Assembly: GCA_964057225.1 (NCBI GenBank)
Contig: OZ059900.1
Span: 19,654,001 to 19,718,000, forward strand
Reading direction: 5' to 3'
From: Auanema rhodensis
Taxonomy: Eukaryota; Animalia; Nematoda
Length of the DNA: 64,000 bases
In this document: piece by piece, positions 26,701 to 37,600 of the stretch
Numbering within the stretch: position 1 is the stretch's first letter
How the letters are laid out: each line of letters begins with the position of its first letter
Notes under the pieces: model-generated
The model's input: the letters and a program-made list of their open reading frames with translations, nothing else
What the model was told of the DNA's origin: nothing
The model's database searches: none
Made by a program: the position numbers and the translations under genes

Positions 26701-28958
26701 CAGAATATGCTAATTTCCTTAATTTTCTAACCCCTGTTTTTTTGTCGTGAAAGTGGGACTAGACGTTGTACAAACAATTTTGAGCTAGGTTTCATTGACA
26801 TTGCATGAGTTTGAACACATGAAATCGTAAGTCAAAACCTTGTTTACAGCGAAATTTCCAAAAACTGGTTTTCCAGCATAATAAAATATTTCTCATGGGA
26901 AATACTGTGTTTTTGTATTTTTCTAGTGTTCAGCATGTAAAATGCTTCATTTTAGTATGTAACACGCTGAAATTCGTTGCATTTGACGACTCATATGAAC
27001 AAAAATCGATTTAATCAATATTAGCCATAAGGGGCGTGCCCTCAGAATATGCTAATTCCCTTAATTTTCTAACCCCTGTTTTTTTGTCGTGAAAGTGGAA
27101 CTAGACGTTGTACAAACAATTTTGAGCTAGGTTTCATTGACATTGCATGAGTTTGAACACATGAAATCGTAAGTCAAAACCTTGTTTACAGCGAAATTTC
27201 CAAAAACTGGTTTTCCAGCATAATAAAATATTTCTCATGGGAAATACTGTGTTTTTGTATTTTTCTAGTGTTCAGCATGTAAAATGCTTCATTTTAGTAT
27301 GTAACACGCTGAAATTCGTTGCATTTGACGACTCATATGAACAAAAATCGATTTAATCAATATTAGCCATAAGGGGCGTGCCCTCAGAATATGCTAATTT
27401 CCTTAATTTTCTAACCCCTGTTTTTTTGTCGTGAAAGTGGAACTAGACGTTGTACGAACAATTTTGAGCTAGGTTTCATTGACATTGCATGAGTTTGAAC
27501 ACATGAAATCGTAAGTCAAAACCTTGTTTACAGCGAAATTTCCAAAAACTGGTTTTCCAGCATAATAAAATATTTCTCATGGGAAATACTGTGTTTTTGT
27601 ATTTTTCTAGTTTTCAGCATGTAAAATGCTTCATTTTAGTATGTAACACGCTGAAATTCGTTGCATTTGACGACTCATATGAACAAAAATCGATTTAATC
27701 AATATTAGCCATAAGGGGCGTGCCCTCAGAATATGCTAATTTCCTTAATTTTCTAACCCCTGTTTTTTTGTCGTGAAAGTGGAACTAGACGTTGTACGAA
27801 CAATTTTGAGCTAGGTTTCATTGACATTGCATGAGTTTGAACACATGAAATCGTAAGTCAAAACCTTGTTTACAGCGAAATTTCCAAAAACTGGTTTTCC
27901 AGCATAATAAAATATTTCTCATGGGAAATACTGTGTTTTTGTATTTTTCTAGTGTTCAGCATGTAAAATGCTTCATTTTAGTATGTAACACGCTGAAATT
28001 CGTTGCATTTGACGACTCATATGAACAAAAATCGATTTAATCAATATTAGCCATAAGGGGCGTGCCCTCAGAATATGCTAATTTCCTTAATTTTCTAACC
28101 CCTGTTTTTTTGTCGTGAAAGTGGGACTAGACGTTGTACGAACAATTTTGAGCTAGGTTTCATTGACATTGCATGAGTTTGAACACATGAAATCGTAAGT
28201 CAAAACCTTGTTTACAGCGAAATTTCCAAAAACTGGTTTTCCAGCATAATAAAATATTTCTCATGGAAAATACTGTGTTTTTGTATTTTTCTAGTGTTCA
28301 GCATGTAAAATGCTTCATTTTAGTATGTAACACGCTGAAATTCGTTGCATTTGACGACTCATATGAACAAAAATCGATTTAATCAATATTAGCCATAAGG
28401 GGCGTGCCCTCAGAATATGCTAATTTCCTTAATTTTCTAACCCCTGTTTTTTTGTCGTGAAAGTGGAACTAGACGTTGTACGAACAATTTTGAGCTAGGT
28501 TTCATTGACATTGCATGAGTTTGAACACATGAAATCGTAAGTCAAAACCTTGTTTACAGCGAAATTTCCAAAAACTGGTTTTCCAGCATAATAAAATATT
28601 TCTCATGGGAAATACTGTGTTTTTGTATTTTTCTAGTGTTCAGCATGTAAAATGCTTCATTTTAGTATGTAACACGCTGAAATTCGTTGCATTTGACGAC
28701 TCATATGAACAAAAATCGATTTAATCAATATTAGCCATAAGGGGCGTGCCCTCAGAATATGCTAATTTCCTTAATTTTCTAACCCCTGTTTTTTTGTCGT
28801 GAAAGTGGAACTAGACGTTGTACGAACAATTTTGAGCTAGGTTTCATTGACATTGCATGAGTTTGAACACAACCTTGTTTACAGCGAAATTTCCAAAAAC
28901 TGGTTTTCCAGCATAATAAAATATTTCTCATGGAAAATACTGTGTTTTTGTATTTTTC
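17707..28958 (-). repeat. 16/17-monomer higher-order repeat, two copies, each ending in a 325-bp deletion monomer
   Basis: The variant order is shared (gctata/ctcc, gtacc, atacagtg, cttcact, tagttttc, 17-bp deletion). The deletions are 5455 bp apart (16 x 342 - 17). Confidence 0.85.
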
Positions 28959-29625
28959 TAGTGTTCAGCATGTAAAATGCTTCATTTTAGTATGTAACAC
29001 GCTGAAATTCGTTGCATTTGACGACTCATATGAACAAAAATCGATTTAATCAATATTAGCCATAAGGGGCGTGCCCTCAGAATATGCTAATTTCCTTAAT
29101 TTTCTAACCCCTGTTTTTTTGTCGTGAAAGTGGGACTAGACGTTGTACGAACAATTTTGAGCTAGGTTTCATTGACATTGCATGAGTTTGAACACATGAA
29201 ATCGTAAGTCAAAACCTTGTTTACAGCGAAATTTCCAAAAACTGGTTTTCCAGCATAATAAAATATTTCTCATGGGAAATACTGTGTTTTTGTATTTTTC
29301 TAGTGTTCAGCATGTAAAATGCTTCATTTTAGTATGTAACACGCTGAAATTCGTTGCATTTGACGACTCATATGAACAAAAATCGATTTAATCAATATTA
29401 GCCATAAGGGGCGTACCCTCAGAATATGCTAATTCCCTTAATTTTCTAACCCCTGTTTTTTTGTCGTGAAAGTGGAACTAGACGTTGTACGAACAATTTT
29501 GAGCTAGGTTTCATTGACATTGCATGAGTTTGAACACATGAAATCGTAAGTCAAAACCTTGTTTACAGCGAAATTTCCAAAAACTGGTTTTCCAGCATAA
29601 TAAAATATTTCTCATGGGAAATACT

Positions 29626-29650
29626 GTGTTTTTGTAAAAATTGTTCGTAC
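29626..29650. other. Inversion junction J2 (- to +)
   Basis: gtgtttttgta|aaaattgttcgtac joins reverse position 7 to forward position 143 (blunt, or at most 1-bp overlap). Confidence 0.93.
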
Positions 29651-32600
29651 AACGTCTAGTCCCACTTTCACGACAAAAAAACAGGAGTTAGAAAATTAAG
29701 GAAATTAGCATATTCTGAGGGCACGCCCCTTATAGCTAATATTGATTAAATCGATTTTTGTTCATATGAGTCGTCAAATGCAACGAATTTCAGCGTGTTA
29801 CATACTAAAATGAAGCATTTTACATGCTGAACACTAGAAAAATACAAAAACACAGTATTTCCCATGAGAAATATTTTATTATGCTGGAAAACCAGTTTTT
29901 GGAAATTTCGCTGTAAACAAGGTTTTGACTTACGATTTCATGTGTTCAAACTCATGCAATGTCAATGAAACCTAGCTCAAAATTGTTCGTACAACGTCTA
30001 GTTCCACTTTCACGACAAAAAAACAGGGGTTAGAAAATTAAGGGAATTAGCATATTCTGAGGGCACGCCCCTTATGGCTAATATTGATTAAATCGATTTT
30101 TGTTCATATGAGTCGTCAAATGCAACGAATTTCAGCGTGTTACATACTAAAATGAAGCATTTTACATGCTGAACACTAGAAAAATACAAAAACACAGTAT
30201 TTCCCATGAGAAATATTTTATTATGCTGGAAAACCAGTTTTTGGAAATTTCGCTGTAAACAAGGTTTTGACTTACGATTTCATGTGTTCAAACTCATGCA
30301 ATGTCAATGAAACCTAGCTCAAAATTGTTCGTACAACGTCTAGTTCCACTTTCACGACAAAAAAACAGGGGTTAGAAAATTAAGGGAATTAGCATATTCT
30401 GAGGGCACGCCCCTTATGGCTAATATTGATTAAATCGATTTTTGTTCATATGAGTCGTCAAATGCAACGAATTTCAGCGTGTTACATACTAAAATGAAGC
30501 ATTTTACATGCTGAACACTAGAAAAATACAAAAACACAGTATTTTCCATGAGAAATATTTTATTATGCTGGAAAACCAGTTTTTGGAAATTTCGCTGTAA
30601 ACAAGGTTTTGACTTACGATTTCATGTGTTCAAACTCATGCAATGTCAATGAAACCTAGCTCAAAATTGTTCGTACAACGTCTAGTCCCACTTTCACGAC
30701 AAAAAAACAGGGGTTAGAAAATTAAGGAAATTAGCATATTCTGAGGGCACGCCCCTTATGGCTAATATTGATTAAATCGATTTTTGTTCATATGAGTCGT
30801 CAAATGCAACGAATTTCAGCGTGTTACATACTAAAATGAAGCATTTTACATGCTGAACACTAGAAAAATACAAAAACACAGTATTTCCCATGAGAAATAT
30901 TTTATTATGCTGGAAAACCAGTTTTTGGAAATTTCGCTGTAAACAAGGTTTTGACTTACGATTTCATGTGTTCAAACTCATGCAATGTCAATGAAACCTA
31001 GCTCAAAATTGTTCGTACAACGTCTAGTTCCACTTTCACGACAAAAAAACAGGGGTTAGAAAATTAAGGAAATTAGCATATTCTGAGGGCACGCCCCTTA
31101 TGGCTAATATTGATTAAATCGATTTTTGTTCATTAGGTCGTCAAATGCAACGAATTTCAGCGTGTTACATACTAAAATGAAGCATTTTACATGCTGAACA
31201 CTAGAAAAATACAAAAACACAGTATTTCCCATGAGAAATATTTTATTATGCTGGAAAACCAGTTTTTGGAAATTTCGCTGTAAACAAGGTTTTGACTTAC
31301 GATTTCATGTGTTCAAACTCATGCAATGTCAATGAAACCTAGCTCAAAATTGTTCGTACAACGTCTAGTTCCACTTTCACGACAAAAAAACAGGGGTTAG
31401 AAAATTAAGGGAATTAGCATATTCTGAGGGCACGCCCCTTATGGCTAATATTGATTAAATCGATTTTTGTTCATATGAGTCGTCAAATGCAACGAATTTC
31501 AGCGTGTTACATACGCAAATGAAGCATTTCACATGCTGAACACTAGAAAAATACAAAAACACAGTATTTCCCATGAGAAATATTTTATTATGCTGGAAAA
31601 CCAGTTTTTGGAAATTTCGCTGTAAACAAGGTTTTGACTTACGATTTCATGTGTTCAAACTCATGCAATGTCAATGAAACCTAGCTCAAAATTGTTCGTA
31701 CAACGTCTAGTCCCACTTTCACGACAAAAAAACAGGGGTTAGAAAATTAAGGAAATTAGCATATTCTGAGGGCACGCCCCTTATGGCTAATATTGATTAA
31801 ATCGATTTTTGTTCATATGAGTCGTCAAATGCAACGAATTTCAGCGTGTTACATACTAAAATGAAGCATTTTACATGCTGAACACTAGAAAAATACAAAA
31901 ACACAGTATTTCCCATGAGAAATATTTTATTATGCTGGAAAACCAGTTTTTGGAAATTTCGCTGTAAACAAGGTTTTGACTTACGATTTCATGTGTTCAA
32001 ACTCATGCAATGTCAATGAAACCTAGCTCAAAATTGTTCGTACAACGTCTAGTTCCACTTTCACGACAAAAAAACAGGGGTTAGAAAATTAAGGAAATTA
32101 GCATATTCTGAGGGCACGCCCCTTATGGCTAATATTGATTAAATCGATTTTTGTTCATATGAGTCGTCAAATGCAACGAATTTCAGCGTGTTACATACGC
32201 AAATGAAGCATTTCACATGCTGAACACTAGAAAAATACAAAAACACAGTATTTCCCATGAGAAATATTTTATTATGCTGGAAAACCAGTTTTTGGAAATT
32301 TCGCTGTAAACAAGGTTTTGACTTACGATTTCATGTGTTCAAACTCATGCAATGTCAATGAAACCTAGCTCAAAATTGTTCGTACAACGTCTAGTTCCAC
32401 TTTCACGACAAAAAAACAGGGGTTAGAAAATTAAGGAAATTAGCATATTCTGAGGGCACGCCCCTTATGGCTAATATTGATTAAATCGATTTTTGTTCAT
32501 ATGAGTCGTCAAATGCAACGAATTTCAGCGTGTTACATACTAAAATGAAGCATTTTACATGCTGAACACTAGAAAAATACAAAAACACAGTATTTCCCAT

Positions 32601-33497
32601 GAGAAATATTTTATTATGCTGGAAAACCAGTTTTTGGAAATTTCGCTGTAAACAAGGTTTTGACTTACGATTTCATGTGTTCAAACTCATGCAATGTCAA
32701 TGAAACCTAGCTCAAAATTGTTCGTACAACGTCTAGTTCCACTTTCACGACAAAAAAACAGGGGTTAGAAAATTAAGGAAATTAGCATATTCTGAGGGCA
32801 CGCCCCTTATGGCTAATATTGATTAAATCGATTTTTGTTCATATGAGTCGTCAAATGCTACGAATTTCAGCGTGTTACATACTAAAATGAAGCATTTTAC
32901 ATGCTGAACACTAGAAAAATACAAAAACACAGTATTTCCCATGAGAAATATTTTATTATGCTGGAAAACCAGTTTTTGGAAATTTCGCTGTAAACAAGGT
33001 TTTGACTTACGATTTCATGTGTTCAAACTTATGCAATGTCAATGAAACCTAGCAAAAAATTGTTCGTACAACGTCTAGTCCCACTTTCACGACAAAAAAA
33101 CAGGGGTTAGAAAATTAAGGGAATTAGCATATTCTGAGGGCACGCCCCTTATGGCTAATATTGATTAAATCGATTTTTGTTCATATGAGTCGTCAAATGC
33201 AACGAATTTCAGCGTGTTACATACTAAAATGAAGCATTTTACATGCTGAACACTAGAAAAATACAAAAACACAGTATTTCCCATGAGAAATATTTTATTA
33301 TGCTGGAAAACCAGTTTTTGGAAATTTCGCTGTAAACAAGGTTTTGACTTACGATTTCATGTGTTCAAACTCATGCAATGTCAATGAAACCTAGCTCAAA
33401 ATTGTTCGTACAACGTCTAGTTCCACTTTCACGACAAAAAAACAGGGGTTAGAAAATTAAGGAAATTAGCATATTCTGAGGGCACGCCTCTTATGGC
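29637..33497 (+). repeat. Satellite block 3, forward (inverted module copy 1, 3861 bp)
   Basis: Starts at monomer position 143 (aaaattgttcgtac) and ends at position 242 (gcctcttatggc). Confidence 0.96.
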
Positions 33498-33510
33498 GAA
33501 ATTTCCAAAA
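33485..33510. other. Inversion junction J3 (+ to -), 2-bp GC overlap
   Basis: gcctcttatg-GC-gaaatttcc joins forward position 242 to reverse position 75. A linked C>T lies at 33489. Confidence 0.93.
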
Positions 33511-34590
33511 ACTGGTTTTCCAGCATAATAAAATATTTCTCATGGGAAATACTGTGTTTTTGTATTTTTCTAGTGTTCAGCATGTAAAATGCTTCATTTT
33601 AGTATGTAACACGCTGAAATTCGTTGCATTTGACGACTCATATGAACAAAAATCGATTTAATCAATATTAGCCATAAGGGGCGTGCCCTCAGAATATGCT
33701 AATTCCCTTAATTTTCTAACCCCTGTTTTTTTGTCGTGAAAGTGGGACTAGACGTTGTACGAACAATTTTTTGCTAGGTTTCATTGACATTGCATAAGTT
33801 TGAACACATGAAATCGTAAGTCAAAACCTTGTTTACAGCGAAATTTCCAAAAACTGGTTTTCCAGCATAATAAAATATTTCTCATGGGAAATACTGTGTT
33901 TTTGTATTTTTCTAGTGTTCAGCATGTAAAATGCTTCATTTTAGTATGTAACACGCTGAAATTCGTTGCATTTGACGACTCATATGAACAAAAATCGATT
34001 TAATCAATATTAGCCATAAGGGGCGTGCCCTCAGAATATGCTAATTCCCTTAATTTTCTAACCCCTGTTTTTTTGTCGTGAAAGTGAAACTAGACGTTGT
34101 ACAAACAATTTTGAGCTAGGTTTCATTGACATTGCATGAGTTTGAACACATGAAATCGTAAGTCAAAACCTTGTTTACAGCGAAATTTCCAAAAACTGGT
34201 TTTCCAGCATAATAAAATATTTCTCATGGGAAATACTGTGTTTTTGTATTTTTCTAGTGTTCAGCATGTAAAATGCTTCATTTTAGTATGTAACACGCTG
34301 AAATTCGTTGCATTTGACGACTCATATGAACAAAAATCGATTTAATCAATATTAGCCATAAGGGGCGTGCCCTCAGAATATGCTAATTCCCTTAATTTTC
34401 TAACCCCTGTTTTTTTGTCGTGAAAGTGAAACTAGACGTTGTACAAACAATTTTGAGCTAGGTTTCATTGACATTGCATGAGTTTGAACACATGAAATCG
34501 TAAGTCAAAACCTTGTTTACAGCGAAATTTCCAAAAACTGGTTTTCCAGCATAATAAAATATTTCTCATGGGAAATACTGTGTTTTTGTA
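33496..34590 (-). repeat. Satellite block 4, reverse (~3.2 monomers) between the two inverted modules
   Basis: Starts at monomer position 75 (gcgaaatttcc) and ends at position 7 (gtgtttttgta). Confidence 0.96.
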
Positions 34591-34604
34591 AAAATTGTTC
34601 GTAC
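34580..34604. other. Inversion junction J4, identical to J2
   Basis: gtgtttttgta|aaaattgttcgtac, followed by the same three variants as at J2 (tagtccc, caggag, tatagc). Confidence 0.93.
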
Positions 34605-37600
34605 AACGTCTAGTCCCACTTTCACGACAAAAAAACAGGAGTTAGAAAATTAAGGAAATTAGCATATTCTGAGGGCACGCCCCTTATAGCTAATATTGAT
34701 TAAATCGATTTTTGTTCATATGAGTCGTCAAATGCAACGAATTTCAGCGTGTTACATACTAAAATGAAGCATTTTACATGCTGAACACTAGAAAAATACA
34801 AAAACACAGTATTTCCCATGAGAAATATTTTATTATGCTGGAAAACCAGTTTTTGGAAATTTCGCTGTAAACAAGGTTTTGACTTACGATTTCATGTGTT
34901 CAAACTCATGCAATGTCAATGAAACCTAGCTCAAAATTGTTCGTACAACGTCTAGTTCCACTTTCACGACAAAAAAACAGGGGTTAGAAAATTAAGGGAA
35001 TTAGCATATTCTGAGGGCACGCCCCTTATGGCTAATATTGATTAAATCGATTTTTGTTCATATGAGTCGTCAAATGCAACGAATTTCAGCGTGTTACATA
35101 CTAAAATGAAGCATTTTACATGCTGAACACTAGAAAAATACAAAAACACAGTATTTCCCATGAGAAATATTTTATTATGCTGGAAAACCAGTTTTTGGAA
35201 ATTTCGCTGTAAACAAGGTTTTGACTTACGATTTCATGTGTTCAAACTCATGCAATGTCAATGAAACCTAGCTCAAAATTGTTCGTACAACGTCTAGTTC
35301 CACTTTCACGACAAAAAAACAGGGGTTAGAAAATTAAGGGAATTAGCATATTCTGAGGGCACGCCCCTTATGGCTAATATTGATTAAATCGATTTTTGTT
35401 CATATGAGTCGTCAAATGCAACGAATTTCAGCGTGTTACATACTAAAATGAAGCATTTTACATGCTGAACACTAGAAAAATACAAAAACACAGTATTTTC
35501 CATGAGAAATATTTTATTATGCTGGAAAACCAGTTTTTGGAAATTTCGCTGTAAACAAGGTTTTGACTTACGATTTCATGTGTTCAAACTCATGCAATGT
35601 CAATGAAACCTAGCTCAAAATTGTTCGTACAACGTCTAGTCCCACTTTCACGACAAAAAAACAGGGGTTAGAAAATTAAGGAAATTAGCATATTCTGAGG
35701 GCACGCCCCTTATGGCTAATATTGATTAAATCGATTTTTGTTCATATGAGTCGTCAAATGCAACGAATTTCAGCGTGTTACATACTAAAATGAAGCATTT
35801 TACATGCTGAACACTAGAAAAATACAAAAACACAGTATTTCCCATGAGAAATATTTTATTATGCTGGAAAACCAGTTTTTGGAAATTTCGCTGTAAACAA
35901 GGTTTTGACTTACGATTTCATGTGTTCAAACTCATGCAATGTCAATGAAACCTAGCTCAAAATTGTTCGTACAACGTCTAGTTCCACTTTCACGACAAAA
36001 AAACAGGGGTTAGAAAATTAAGGAAATTAGCATATTCTGAGGGCACGCCCCTTATGGCTAATATTGATTAAATCGATTTTTGTTCATATGAGTCGTCAAA
36101 TGCAACGAATTTCAGCGTGTTACATACGCAAATGAAGCATTTCACATGCTGAACACTAGAAAAATACAAAAACACAGTATTTCCCATGAGAAATATTTTA
36201 TTATGCTGGAAAACCAGTTTTTGGAAATTTCGCTGTAAACAAGGTTTTGACTTACGATTTCATGTGTTCAAACTCATGCAATGTCAATGAAACCTAGCTC
36301 AAAATTGTTCGTACAACGTCTAGTTCCACTTTCACGACAAAAAAACAGGGGTTAGAAAATTAAGGAAATTAGCATATTCTGAGGGCACGCCCCTTATGGC
36401 TAATATTGATTAAATCGATTTTTGTTCATATGAGTCGTCAAATGCAACGAATTTCAGCGTGTTACATACGCAAATGAAGCATTTCACATGCTGAACACTA
36501 GAAAAATACAAAAACACAGTATTTCCCATGAGAAATATTTTATTATGCTGGAAAACCAGTTTTTGGAAATTTCGCTGTAAACAAGGTTTTGACTTACGAT
36601 TTCATGTGTTCAAACTCATGCAATGTCAATGAAACCTAGCTCAAAATTGTTCGTACAACGTCTAGTTCCACTTTCACGACAAAAAAACAGGGGTTAGAAA
36701 ATTAAGGAAATTAGCATATTCTGAGGGCACGCCCCTTATGGCTAATATTGATTAAATCGATTTTTGTTCATATGAGTCGTCAAATGCAACGAATTTCAGC
36801 GTGTTACATACTAAAATGAAGCATTTTACATGCTGAACACTAGAAAAATACAAAAACACAGTATTTCCCATGAGAAATATTTTATTATGCTGGAAAACCA
36901 GTTTTTGGAAATTTCGCTGTAAACAAGGTTTTGACTTACGATTTCATGTGTTCAAACTCATGCAATGTCAATGAAACCTAGCTCAAAATTGTTCGTACAA
37001 CGTCTAGTTCCACTTTCACGACAAAAAAACAGGGGTTAGAAAATTAAGGAAATTAGCATATTCTGAGGGCACGCCCCTTATGGCTAATATTGATTAAATC
37101 GATTTTTGTTCATATGAGTCGTCAAATGCAACGAATTTCAGCGTGTTACATACTAAAATGAAGCATTTTACATGCTGAACACTAGAAAAATACAAAAACA
37201 CAGTATTTCCCATGAGAAATATTTTATTATGCTGGAAAACCAGTTTTTGGAAATTTCGCTGTAAACAAGGTTTTGACTTACGATTTCATGTGTTCAAACT
37301 CATGCAATGTCAATGAAACCTAGCTCAAAATTGTTCGTACAACGTCTAGTTCCACTTTCACGACAAAAAAACAGGGGTTAGAAAATTAAGGAAATTAGCA
37401 TATTCTGAGGGCACGCCCCTTATGGCTAATATTGATTAAATCGATTTTTGTTCATATGAGTCGTCAAATGCAACGAATTTCAGCGTGTTACATACGCAAA
37501 TGAAGCATTTCACATGCTGAACACTAGAAAAATACAAAAACACAGTATTTCCCATGAGAAATATTTTATTATGCTGGAAAACCAGTTTTTGGAAATTTCG

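Larger units (their letters stand above)
4014..29636 (-). repeat. Satellite block 2, reverse orientation (~75 monomers)
   Basis: Reverse-complement monomers (tagtgttcagcatg...gtatttttc), running from monomer position 13 at 4014 to position 7 at 29636. Confidence 0.97.
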
